Source of the DNA: Camelus ferus
Lineage: Eukaryota
DNA length: 64,000 nt
NCBI RefSeq assembly: GCF_009834535.1
Contig: NC_045696.1
Coordinates: 13,146,001 to 13,210,000, forward strand
Direction of reading: 5' to 3'
Shown here: one piece after another, positions 14,085-26,380 of the stretch
Numbering within the stretch: position 1 is the stretch's first letter
How the letters are laid out: every line of letters starts with the position of its first letter
Program-made: the position numbers and the translations under genes
Notes under the pieces: model-generated
The model's input: the letters and a program-made list of their open reading frames with translations, nothing else
Database searches by the model: none
What the model was told of the DNA's origin: nothing

Positions 14085-14430
14085 TGTTTTTGTTTCCTAG
14101 AGCTGCCACAACTTCCCATAAACTTAGAGGCTTAAAACAACAGAAGCTTATTCTCTCCCAGTTCCAGAGGCCAGAAGTCCTAACTCAAGGTGTCTGCAGG
14201 GCTCCATTGCCTTCGCAAGCTCTAGGGGAAGATCCCTCCTCACCTCTTCTTGCCTCTGGTGACTCTTGCTACGGCAGCATCTCTCCAACCTCTGCCTCCA
14301 TCATCACATCTTCTCTCCTGCATCTGCAAAGATCAACAAAAGATCTATGTCCCAATAAGATCTTATTCATGGGTAGTAGAGGTTAGGACTTAGACATGTC
14401 TGTTTTGGGAGACACCATTCACCCCAATAA
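14085..14430 (-). mobile_element. MLT1 (ERVL-MaLR) solo LTR
   Basis: ggcttaaaacaacagaagcttattctctcccagttccagaggccagaagtcc...gggagacaccattcacccc is the reversed MLT1 signature. Confidence 0.85.
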
Positions 14431-17400
14431 GGGGATAGGCATTTAGGAAGGAGAAAAGGAAGGGCATAGGAGTGTACAGGGGAGGGGAGGCATACGTGTC
14501 CCACCTCTTTTCCAGAGTTTGGCAGAGCCAGTTCTCAATCTGATAAAGGGGGAGTTTATGCCTGAAACTTAAGGACTTGGTGTGAATTTGAACATAAGCA
14601 GAGCAACTTCAGGACTCAGGTAGAAAAAGGGCCTGAGAACATCGCCCTAGTATCCTAGGCAGACTGGGATGGCAGGGCGGCCACCGGGTGGGTGGGCAGT
14701 GTTGTACCCAGAGCTGCAGTGGGAATATCTTCAACCCCTGTTCTCTGAGAAAGCCACGGAAGAGTACCTGCTCACGATACCTCCTTCAGTAGAGACGGAG
14801 ATGATGGCATGTGTGGCTGAAATAGACGTCCACAAGCAGGTTTGTTCCCTGCTGTCATGTGAAGTAATCCTGGAATTTCTGAAATAATGAAGGAAGCTTT
14901 GCGGAATCCCCTTTCGCCTTTCCCTTAAGCAGGTGGGAACTCAGAGCTATTGTGTTTTTGATATGAATATTAGTGAAGCCACATTTGCTCTCCTATGCTA
15001 TGAAAGCCTGGGAGGGTCAGCTTCGAAAGGAACAAGAAAGATTAAAAGCACACGTGAATTGTGTGTGGAGAACCATGAATTGGGTTGCTGCTGGTTGTGA
15101 GCATGAAGCTTAATTTTACCTCATTTGAAAAATCAGGAAGGAACGGCCTCTGAAGCCTGTGGTGAGAAGCAGGTCCAAGCAGAGCTGCCAGGATGCTTGG
15201 AGGAATCTGGATGATAGAAGAAGTTGAGGAGTTGACTGGAGGAAGAGGAAAAAAAAAAGTAGTGAAAAAAAAGAAAAGTAGAAAATAATTTTAGAAATAG
15301 TAATATTACATGATTTCTGTAAATAAAGATGCTAATGAACTGACAGGGAATTTGGGAGGGGCACATTCAGGAGGCAACACTGTGAGATCTGACTTCCCTG
15401 GGCTGGTACCAGCCACGAGGAAGAGAAGGAGGAGCCGCAGTCTAGCTGACCAGCAGCATGGCCTCCATGCAGCTCTCCTCAAGACTGTGATGAAGGGTCA
15501 TGACTGAGGGAAAACCTTCCTGAACTGGGCAGTAATGCCCCCCACCCCCATCAGGGCCTCCTTCTCTCCCTGAAAGCAGTCCTCTTTCAACCCCCACAGT
15601 GTCCACACTCCTGGTTATATTCCTTCTCCTTTCTAGCAGGAAAGAGATGAAGACATAATTGGCTTTTTTTTCAGTAGGAAAAAAATGGAACACCAGCACA
15701 GCATTTTTTTTTTTTCTTTTTCAACCTCTGCTGTCACTTTTCAGAAGAGATGAACAAAAGATCAATGGGTCCTAAGAGAGGATGCTTGTGGGGTTCACAA
15801 AACTGTTTTCCTATAGAGACAAATGAAATAGAGTTGGTCCCTTGTTAATCACTCCCTGCTCATACCTAGGCAAAGAGGTCAGTGTGCACCCATGGCTGTT
15901 TCAGGGAGCCACTTAGGGCCCTTCCAGATCCTGACTTGGGGTTACAATCTCTTCTTCTTTCCTGTGGCACGTGGTTGGATTCAGGAATTGCCTTTTAAAT
16001 ATTGGTGGGTGGAACTCTGTTAGAGCTGGGGATAAACGAGTCTATTCATCATGGGTCCTGCAGGGAGCAGCAGAGAGCTGGTGTCGGGCAGAGCTGGCAG
16101 CTCTGGACCATTGCATCCCCATCCGTATTCCAGATGAAGGGAGCCGGACACCCTCCAAAGAAGACAAGAGAGCAGAGCAAGGGAATTCGGATAAACAGAG
16201 AATCTGCGATCCTTCTGTATTTGTAGCTGCTTCTGCTACCTTCTGAAGGCTCTGAGAAGTCCCCAAGTCCAAGAACACTCAACACATTGTTGTCACAATA
16301 ATTTATATATAGAATGTCTCTTCCACTGGACTGGAGCTTCCAGCCTCAAACACAATTTCTGGCACATAAGAAGTGTTCAATAAATATTTGTGAAATGATA
16401 AAAGGATGACTGAATTGGTAATCGATTTTAGATTCCATGGTATTTCTCCATCACTCATGATCAGAAATTTGTTCAATTATCCATGGTACCTCATAATTAA
16501 GTTGGACAGAAAGAAGGAAAGTGACTCACTAAGGTATTTTAAAAAGGAGGTGAGTTAGGCCTGAGCATTTCAGTGCCTCCTTACGTCTAGGCAACTGTGC
16601 AATGGTATTGTATTCTTATATACTATTGAGCAGGGACGACTTCCTTGTGGCAAATGAGGTGACTATATAATAATAATAACATAACTTTATTAGCCCATTG
16701 GTGATAATTGATCAAATTCCACCCATTGAAAATATGAGGCACATAATATATCCATGTCGTAAAGGGTCGTCTGTGGAGCCACCAACCCCATTTTCCCTTA
16801 TGGAGAGAAGTGGAAGATACTGGCATGGTGCGTGGAACGATACTGACCCATTATTTTCACATATGAAGAGGGATCAAATACAAAGATGGCGAGGGATTCT
16901 TTTGCAAAGGCTTGAAAATGGATATACTGAAGGGTGGTTTGGGGAAAGACAATAAGAAACTGTCCACTGCTCCTTGGAGTGAACTTCAGAGTCTTCAGAG
17001 TGCTTCCAACAATCACAAGGCTTCTACCAGGTTTTGAGGAATTGGGGGAATGAGGACAGGTTACTTGAAATATTCTGTGTTTCTAGAATAACATTGACTT
17101 GGCGTCCTATCATTTCCACGCTATCCATTTGTAATTTTTATTTCGGTATCAGTATTTCTCCTATGAAAATAAGTTCTTTGGTTCTTCTTTGTGTCTGAAA
17201 AGATGTGGCTGTTTTAAACTTTTCTTATTTTCTTAGTTTTCCTTCCCTGAGAAAAGCTGTTGGCACAGAAATATTTTCTGTCACACTTGTCATTTGCAAT
17301 CATCCTCCTGCTCATATCTGCCTCATTAACTCCACATTTCCTTTGAGAACTCAGCTTGAGATTACCTTTTCCTTTCTTGCCTCACACCAGTTCATTTTTC

Positions 17401-18844
17401 TCTTATCGGTATTATTATTTATTTAACCTAGAGCCATATGTTTAAATGCATTTGTAGGAAAGACATTCTACTAGATAAAAACACATACTGTTATATTAAA
17501 AATCACAAGCAAATAACTCTCCAGGTGATGGATGAAACTGGAGACGCTCTTGACTTAATGTACTCAAAGTATAAAAATAATGGGTATGTTGTACAATGCA
17601 GCCATTTTTATTAAGCAAATGGTGAAAGCAAAATTAGACATAATGATCTTAATATTCTTTCAACAATGTTGAAAAGGAGAGACTTGGGCATTTCCCAAGC
17701 TGTTGACATATCTTGCCTTTAAACTTTCTCCATTAGTTATTTATAATGTCTATTTATATAGACTTTTTTTTTTTTTTGCTTTGTAATTCAGCAGCAGAAA
17801 CCACCAAAGAATCTGTTCTTCAGAACACCAGCTGGGTTTCTTTTCTACTAAATGGGCATAGTGTTCTGGGAGATAAGTCATCTAGCACAAAAATGTGCCC
17901 TCTTTTTTGTAGAAACTGTCTAAATTTGACAACAACTTTTTCAGAGTAGTAATTTGTGATAGCAGGGGCAAATGTTCACTATCACTTACTGAGAATTTGG
18001 GGGTAGGGGAAAGTGTGGGGGGTGACTTTCTCAAGAGATTGTAAGATGGTAAACCTTCCTGAAGATTTGCCATGTTCTTTCTCTCTTTCATTCTCAAAGG
18101 AAGAAGGCCACTTTGTCTACTGGATAAAGGACCACAATAGTATCACTGGGGAGGTCTGGGTCCTGCACTGGCCCTAGGGGACTTTTCAGCAAACACTCTG
18201 ACTTTCTCCTCCTCAATGAAGAAACTGAGAGATGAGGAGACTAGAAAGAACTACTTTCTTTTTTAACTGGTAGGATTGTAGTACCTGTCCTTTTTAGTAG
18301 AAAATTCATGGTGACATGTGGCTAGAATTATGAGACCAGATGATAATGTAACTAATACACAGCTCAAAGGCAGAATAACTCTTCAACCATCTGAGACAGA
18401 AACAACAGTATCTTACATTTAAAGATTAAGAAAAAGTAGATGCCATAGTGGGGTGACCAAAGAAGAAGAAATGTCATTTTAAAAGTTTTAGGCAGAGAAC
18501 TGCCTTTTTAGGGTGGAGGTTACTAGTAATTTTAGTTTCTGGAGATAAAAACTAAAATTTTTTTATCTAAACGACATTTTTTGGGGGGAACATCCTAGGG
18601 TGGGCCACTTGGTTCTACAAAGAGAAGACTAGTAGCCATCTATGATTCTTGGAAGAAACCTTGAGGTTTTCACTTGTCTGCATCCAGATTCTGCTGTTTG
18701 TTCATGTAAATTGAGTATTTTTCATCTGGTTTATGTTATAAAAAAACTTTTAACAGTTTTCTATTAATGAAAAATTAACTTATTTAATTACTGCCTCCTA
18801 CACGGGAATATGTAGATAGAACAACTCACTCATTTATTTATTAT

Positions 18845-19123
18845 TATTTTTATTGAAGTATAATTGATCTGTAATATAATATTAGTTTCAGATGAACAAT
18901 ATAGTGATTCAAAATTGTTTTAGATTATATTCCATTTAAAGTTATTACAAAATAATGGCTATATTTCTCTGTACTGTGTAATGTATCCTTGTTGCTTATT
19001 TTATGCACAGTAGTTTGTACCTGGTAATCCCTTAACCCTATCTTGCCCCTTCCCCTTGCCTCTCCCCACTGGTAACCACTAGTTTGTTCTCTAATTGGTT
19101 AGAGAACCACTAGTTATCTGTGA
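18845..19123 (-). mobile_element. L1 3' UTR, 5'-truncated, artiodactyl type
   Basis: tttttattgaagtataattgat...attagtttcagatgaacaatatagtgattca...ccccactggtaaccactagtttgttctcta. Confidence 0.85.
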
Positions 19124-19399
19124 ACCAATGCATTTGTTGAGGGGCTCACAAAATTAAATTGTGGTATAGACGATTAAATATGTTTCGTGAATGGCTGAAT
19201 GCATGCCTGAGATTGAACCATTCCCTTTAAAGGAGGTAATTACTGGGAGCCTTTTCCTGTTCTGGAGAGTTGAGGGAGAAAACTGTCTAAGCTTGGAGAA
19301 AACGAGTCGGGAAGAGTTGGTTCTGGACATGTGGTGATGCCAGAGCCTGGTTTGACTCAGCGTCTCTGACTCTGAAATGCATAGTCTGGGGAACACCCT

Positions 19400-19401
<2 letters not shown>

Positions 19402-19448
<47 letters not shown>

Positions 19449-19467
19449 TGTGTGTGTGTCTGTGTGT
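19402..19467. repeat. (GT)n microsatellite with interrupted 3' end
   Basis: About 23 perfect GT units followed by TC interruptions. Confidence 0.97.
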
Positions 19468-20034
19468 TTGGTGAGAGCAGTTACATGCTGAGGTCGTTTG
19501 GAGATAATTGGGGTTTGGGAAACTGACCATACTCCCTGATAATATTAATCCAAATCGACCCATGGGATTAAGTCAGCCAGTGTGACTGCTCCTTGGAAAT
19601 ATCTGGGGAGGAGCAACTTTCCAAAATTCACTAAATGATGGCTCAGGATCAAAACTCACTGATGTCTGGGGAGGTGGCTGTAATCATATTACGTACAATA
19701 CACACAAGAGTAGAAATTAAAAAAAATCATGCTGGCTTTGGCTATAGAATTAAAACTTCGATGAAATTGAGATTGACAGGCTCTTGATATCTGTGGCCTC
19801 GAATTGCTGGCAGGTGGAGTACACTTGGCCGCATATTTGGGATGTAATAACAAATTTTCTTTGTTTGCTTGTTTTTCTCCAGGCATTTCATCTTTTACCT
19901 TCCACCCCTGTAATCCAATCAGATTGTTGACTCCATGGTTTTATTGCCTGAGGAAAGAGGAGAAGTAAATGTTTCAAAAGTCTACTACCTTAAGGAAATT
20001 CAGAGAATCTGAAGCAAAATTTTACGAAAAACAC

Positions 20035-20465
20035 TATCAGTTAGCCTTTGCTGCATGACAGACTGCTCCAAAATTTAGTGACTGACATAAAATCCTTTTA
20101 TTGTTGCCCCAGTTCTATTGATCCGAGCCAAGCTCCGCTGACAGTCTGTGGTCCGCTGGAAGTGGATGGCTGGGGGTTGGGGAACTTGGCTCTGCGTCTC
20201 CCATCATCCAGCAGGCTTGCCTTGACTTCTCCACTTGGTGGCAGTAGAGTACCGGGAGGGAGGGCAGATGCTCCTTGCCTCCTTATGCCTACAACTGCAC
20301 TTCTGCCACATCCTATTGGATAAAGCAAGTCACAAGGTCATCCCACATTCAAGGAGTAGAGAAAGAACCTCCATGCTTGATGGGAGGAGCCACAAGGACA
20401 TATTGCATAGGGGCTGCCTATCGAGAGGGGGGCAGAGTTGAAGCCATCTTTGCAATTTGTCACAC
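20035..20465 (-). mobile_element. Old MLT1 (H-K group) LTR
   Basis: tatcagttagcctttgctgc...ccaaaatttagtgact...ccacatcctattggataaagcaagtcacaaggtca...gccatctttgcaat. Confidence 0.75.
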
Positions 20466-21389
20466 ATAGGATGGAGGATTGGGGAACATGAAACTGAGGG
20501 CAGAATCCCATTCTTCTCTGCAGCTGCTCACATGACAATATACTGGTCTTACCTTTCCCATTCAAGGGATGGTAAGAAGCCAGAGGGTAAGTAATCATGG
20601 TAGTACTTGAACAATGCTTTCGGGTAGTCCTAAAAAATCTGTAAAACCCCAGATGGGTTTGTGGGACCAAAAGGAGAAAGGTGCAGTGGGAAGCAGGTCC
20701 TAGAGAAAGGATGACTAAAATGTGAAGTTAGGCTGATGGGCCACAGATACCTAATAGAGTCCTAATTCCCAATCGGCCATAGAAAACAATGGAGTAAATC
20801 TTGCACCTGTAGGTGTGGCAAAGAACCAACATCTGAGTTACTAAGCCTGAACGAGGCATGTGGACTGGAATGGAAGTCAGCCACCACTCACTACTGAGGA
20901 CAGAGAGACCACTTTTCTCTTTTCCACCCCAAGACTTTATTACTAAGTAAGCTGTCCCCCTCAACATGAACATCCACAGGTAAGAGAGGAGATATCCTGA
21001 GGTTACATTCTGCCATTTCCAACAAAGAATAGGAGCTCAAAAAATTGAGATGAAACAGAAAAAAAAATTAAAGTATACATTTTTCAGTGGTTGAGTTTAG
21101 AGGCTGAGATTCAGCTCATTTCCTATATAGGAGATAATAGAATAAATATGTAACTTCCTGAGAGTTTTTAATGATTTTTATTCCCATCAAGATATTAGGA
21201 AAGGGAAATACGTGGAAAGTCCTTCACTGGGGCTCTGGAGCAGTAGGAGTGGCCATTCTGATGTGACCAGGTTCCTTAGCCATAAGAAAAGCTTCATGAT
21301 CCCAAATCTGATCATTCTTCTATAGGTTAGTATATTGTGGCCAGCCATGTAGAAGGCTGTTCATCTTATATTAGAAGTAATGAGGTATT

Positions 21390-21862
21390 TGTGTTGGTTA
21401 ATTTCATGTGAATTGACTGGGCTAAGGGATGTCCAGGTAGCTGGTAAAACACTTTCTTTGAGGGTGTTTCTGGAAGAGGTCAGCACTTGAATTGGTAGAG
21501 TGTGTGCTCACCAGTGTGGGTGAGCATCATCCAATGTAGTGGGGGCTTGAATAGGACAACAAGGTGAAAAAAGGGCAAAGCCTCTTCTCTCTTCTTGAGC
21601 GGGGACATACGTCTTCTGCCCTTGAACATCAGAGCTCTTGAACCAACTTCTTGGGTCCTCAGACCCTGGGACTTATATTAGCAGTCTCTCTGATTCTCAA
21701 GCCTGTGGGTTCAGACTGAATTATACCACTGACTTTACTGCAGGTGGCATATAGGGGCATATTTTAGCCTCCATAATTGCATGAGTCAATTCTCATAATA
21801 AATCTCCTCTTACATATGTGTATATATATACCCTATTTAGTTTTCTCTGGAGAACTCTAATA
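21390..21862 (+). mobile_element. MLT2 (ERVL) solo LTR
   Basis: 5' tgtgttggttaatttcatgtg...gactgggctaagggatgtccaggtagctggtaaaac; 3' agcctccataattgcatgagtcaattc...ctctggagaactctaatac. Confidence 0.85.
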
Positions 21863-22609
21863 CCGTATACAACACTGAAGCTGTATACAGTTGAAGTTCT
21901 AAAAAGTTTTATACCAGCCTCGGAAAGAGATCTTTGAACCATGGCTGAGGCCAGTTGCCTCAAAGGGGCAGGAATGGAGAGGACCAGATGGAGGTGAAGA
22001 AGGTTGTGGTGAAGAGTCTCAAAGGCACCATGCTTGAAGTGACTTGTACTCTCAAGGTGAGCAATGCTTTTTATCCAGAGGCCAAGGATTTACAGCTTGT
22101 GGAACTACCACTGGTAATGTTGAGAATTTCTTGCTATGTTTCATTGAGTGGGAACCAAAGTGTCTACATTGGTGTTAAGGAAAGAGACACTGCTGCTGAA
22201 TATGGGAGAAAACGGAGCAGTAAGTCGAGGAAACATTGATCACCCCTACACCAGGTGAACGGTGGGGACATGCTAAGAGGAATGCTTCTGTTGGAGCCCA
22301 AGTTTCCTAGACTCTCCCAGTTACTGAGTCTGATAAAGGGAGGTGGTGGCTTAAATTAACAAAAAGTGTTAATGAGTCAAAAGCAAGATCTTTTGGGTTT
22401 AGTATAAAGTCAGAGTTTGGTGAAAAACTGAATGTCTTAACAGGGCCCTGCAGGAACTGCCAAAATCCCAGACCAAAGAGCCACTTTCTGCCTGATCAAA
22501 GGTGGTGGGTGGGAAAGAGGCCAAAATGAACATTCGTATGAATGTGGGGTGAGTGGGCACATGGGAAGAGGGAGCAGACGTGGAGGAAGGTGAGTTTTAG
22601 TGTTTCAGC

Positions 22610-22745
22610 CTCCAGCTATGAATTATTTCACTTCTTTGGGTCTCACTTTCCTCATCTATATAATGGGGATAACAATAGTACCATCTCTCAGAATTTGGGA
22701 CTCACATAAAGCATTTAACATTGCACTAGTCATTCAACAAATGTT
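22610..22745 (+). mobile_element. MIR SINE fragment
   Basis: Core ctcactttcctcatctatataatggggataacaatagtacc. Confidence 0.75.
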
Positions 22746-23144
22746 GCCTCTGGCTTTGCCACACTGAATAATATTCTAATACAGTGAAGGGGATGAGGAT
22801 TAAAGTGTTCTTTCTTCTCTCCTGATTACTTCTGGTGAGAAGCTTCTTAACTGCTTCAGGGATCTAGACCCTAGGATTGATGTCATGATGTGGAGGAAGA
22901 ATAGAAGGGATTTGACAGTGAGTGGTGCTGGATGGAGAATTAAACGCTCCAACCTAAAAGTGGGATAGACTGGAGTGAGCCCATTTGGTTAGAGAAGTCT
23001 GTTCTTACCTCTGCCTGGTGATTGTAAGCTAGATTTCTCGAACATCCTGGTGGAGGTCTTGGAAGAAGTAAGCAGTAATAATAACTAAAATTGTTGAAGT
23101 ACTTGGTAGATGCCAGGCACTATTCTAAGTACTTTGTATTTAGC

Positions 23145-23460
23145 ATGGGGTAGGGTGAATTAATACTGAAATTAATACAAAAAATCCTTGATGAACAAAA
23201 TATCAAAATTTAAAAAAATGACAGCATCACTCAAAGTGACGAGATGAACCATGTTGGAGCCTGAGGCAAAAGGAAAAATTAGTAACACTGATCCTGTATT
23301 TATTCAAAATTTTGATATTTTGTAAGTTAAGGATTTCTTGCATTAATTGTGTTTTTAAAAAAATAGCACACTCAAATATTATTTATCTCAACTACTACAT
23401 TTTTGGCATCTCCGTACATTTTGTGCTCAGGGTGAGTGCCTCATTTTTCTCCCCCTCTTC
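23145..23460. mobile_element. MER96B-like palindromic hAT MITE nested in a MIR
   Basis: Internal inverted arms aacaaaatatcaaaattt / aaattttgatattttgt; MIR-like halves at ~23075-23140 and ~23480-23565. Confidence 0.7.
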
Positions 23461-23571
23461 CTACTGCTTCTATGTATAAGAATTTATTTAACCCCTCTTA
23501 AATTCACTGTGGCAGGCCCCATTATTATTCACCTTTTTACACATTTAAAAAACTGAAGCATCGAAGGTAAT

Positions 23572-24070
23572 ACTAGTTTCCAAAGGCTGCTGTAACCAGT
23601 TATCACAAACTTGGCAGCTTAAAACAACACATATTTATTCTCATCCAGTTCTGGAGATCAGAAGTCCAACATCAGTTTCACTGGGCTAAATCAAGCTGCA
23701 GGCAGGGTTGAGATGCCTCTCGAGCCTCTCAGGGAGAAGCCCTTCCCTTGCTTTTCTGGCTTCTAGAGCTGCATTCTCTGCATTCTGTGGTTCAGTGCCC
23801 CTTCTTTTAGCTTCAAAGTCAAGGGCATAGCATTTTGCCTCAGCTGACACATGGCCTTCTTCTTGTGTTGTAGTCAAATCCCCCTCTGCCTCTCTCTCAT
23901 GAGGAGACTTGTGATTACATTTAGGACTCACCCAGATAATCCAGGATAACCTCTACCATCTCAAGGTCTGTCCTTTTAATCATATCTGCAAAGTCCCTTT
24001 TGACATACAATGTGACATTCACAGATTCCAGTGATTGGATGTGAACCTCTCTGAGGGCCAATCATCAGCT
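23572..24070 (-). mobile_element. MLT1 (D/E-like) solo LTR
   Basis: tagtttccaaaggctgctgtaaccagttatcacaaacttggcagcttaaaacaac...cacccagataatccaggataacct. Confidence 0.85.
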
Positions 24071-24770
24071 TCCCATCAGCTGGACAGTAAGTGGTAATGT
24101 CCAGTTCAGACTGAGGCCGACTGGCTTCTGTGCCCTTTTGCTGGAGGCAGTGGATGTGTCCTTCCTTAGGGCCCAGGGTGTGGGCAAGGAGGCTGCAGGA
24201 ATAAGCATCAATTTCAATCTCTTTAAGGGACCTACTCTGTGCTGTGGCCAGCATCTGGGGCAAGACAGTGAGAGTCCTCTTCATCCTTGTCCGACATACA
24301 GAATCCTACTAGGAAGACAGAAGCGGTGTCTGAAGCCATATTTATTTGACTTTTCCAGGTGACAAGACCTTCTTTTATGCCCTGAGCTGGAAAGTCAGGA
24401 AGTCTTAGTAACAAAGAGAAAACTGATACCCGACCTTCTTTCATCCCCATGTTTAACCTTCCCGACTGCTAGGAAATTCTTCTTTTGCTGTATCTGAAAT
24501 CTTTGCTGCCTTAAGTCCCATTTTTTTTTTTTTTTAGTTCTTTCGTTGGGAAGATGGAAAATAATCACCTTCTACTATCTGAGTGATAGCATTTATGACT
24601 GCAGTGACTAGTGAAATTTTAGCCGATTTTGTCTTGTACACAAAGTAAAAAGTAGTGAATGTGTGCGAAAAACACTGATTTATTCTCTCAACATACATAG
24701 TCAGGGTTATATTTATTTTCTGCCAGCAGCTCTTTATAAGTATGAATGGACACCTGAGGACTCTGCTATT

Positions 24771-25086
24771 TAGGGATGAGTCGGGCAAACGTCCTCTGTA
24801 AAGGGTGAGGTGGTAACTGTTTTAGGCTTTGCAGGCCATATGACCTCCATCACAATGACTCAGCTCTGATGTGTCACATATGCAGCAGTAAACAATATGT
24901 AGACCTTGTGTGGTGTAAAGACATTGTGTTCTAACAATTTTGTTTGCAGACACTGAACTTTGAATTTCATAGCTTTGTGTGTGTCCTGAAATATTCTTTT
25001 GACATTTTCTACTACTTGTAAACTGTTCTCATTACACGGGCCATCCAAAAACAGGTGGTAGGCTGTAGTTTGCTGATCTTGGACCT
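24771..25086. mobile_element. MER58-like hAT-Charlie element
   Basis: gggcaaacgtcctctgtaaaggg...ttttaggctttgcaggccatatg...ctgtagtttgctgatc. Confidence 0.75.
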
Positions 25087-25269
25087 GGTTCTCCTTATAT
25101 TTTATACCTTATTCCTGGATGATGTCTTGATGATCAAGTGAAATAGGCTGGCATGACTTTATTCTACTTGGAGACTCATTATGTGTAGTGTCTCACCTTA
25201 GATCTTATCTAATCTCTGATCCTAAAATCCATCAATGACTGTAACGTCAACTGTTGAGATTTTAAAACA

Positions 25270-25601
25270 GTTCTTTGGGAGTTTTAGGGCAATGAAATTA
25301 TTCTGTATGATATTATAGTGGTGGCTACACATCATTATGCATTTGTCAAAACCCAAAGAATGTACAACATCAAGAGTGAACCCTAATGTAAACTATGGAC
25401 TTTGGTTGGATAATAATGTGTCCATGTTGGTTCATCGATTGTATCAAATATACCACACTGATGAGGGATGTTGAGCGTAGGGGAGTATATATGTGTGGGT
25501 GGGGAGGGCTATGTGCCAACTCTGTATTTCTGCTCAATTCTGCTGTGAACCTGAAACTGCTCTAAAAAATAAAGTCCATTAGTAGAATAAAAAAAAAAAA
25601 G
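25270..25601 (+). mobile_element. L1MC-type 3' end with A tail
   Basis: ttttagggcaatgaaattattctgtatgata...caagagtgaaccctaatgtaaactatggactttgg...tgtgaacctgaaactgctctaaaaaataaagtc followed by A run. Confidence 0.85.
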
Positions 25602-25984
25602 AGGAGGTACACAAATATTGCCTTGTCTAGATTGAGTTAGGTTGAAGTGTCTAAATTTTAATAAAATGGGTCCAAAAATTCCAATCAAAAAAAAAAAAAA
25701 AAACCACAAAAAACAGCCGTTCTTCTATATAGTTTGTCTTTCTGCCTCCAGGTCTTTGTTTAGTTCTGACATCCATGCTGTTCCCCAGCTCCTCCCTCCG
25801 CTTCTCCCGTTATTCTCATGGACCTCATTGATTATGTACATTTTTGCCTCATCCATCTTTCCCACTAGAACATAAACTTCTTGAAAGATGAGAGCAAGGA
25901 CTTACTAATCTTTGCCCCCTGAATGCACTTATTACAGTGATCATTGGAGATCCATAAATGTTTCTTACATACAAATTCTTCTTC

Positions 25985-26380
25985 AAAGAAAAATATAGTA
26001 TGATATCACTTATATGTGCAATCTTAAGAAAAGGACACAAATGAACTTATCTACAAAACTGAAACAGACTCACAGACATAGAGAACTAACTTATGGTTAC
26101 CAGGGGTAAAGAGGGTGGGAAGGGATAAATTGGGAATTCTAAATCTGTATCGCTTGGGGAGTGATGGAAATGTTAGCTATCTTGATTGTGGTGGTAGTTT
26201 TATTGTGGTGGTATTTGATAGGTGTAAATACATCTATCAAAATTCATCAAATTGTATATCTGAAATATGTGTAGTTTACTGTACAGAAATTATTTCACAA
26301 TAAAGGTGTTAAAAGCAAACAAAAAAGCAAAACAAAAAATTAATAAAAATGGTATAAACCAAAAAAAAAAAAATAAAAAA
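25985..26380 (+). mobile_element. Composite L1 3' end (young artiodactyl 3'UTR joined to an old L1M-type terminus) with long A-rich tail
   Basis: aaatgaacttatctacaaaactgaaacagactcacagacatagag (young type), then ggggagtgatggaaatgttagctatcttgattgtggtggtagtt...tcatcaaattgtata (old type). Confidence 0.7.

Noticed and set aside
17658..17674. Inverted repeat TTTCAACA-A-TGTTGAAA
   Set aside because: 8-bp arms are expected by chance in AT-rich sequence of this length.
23160..23350. Long imperfect hairpin as a possible pre-miRNA
   Set aside because: It is explained by the internal palindromic structure of the MER96B-like MITE.
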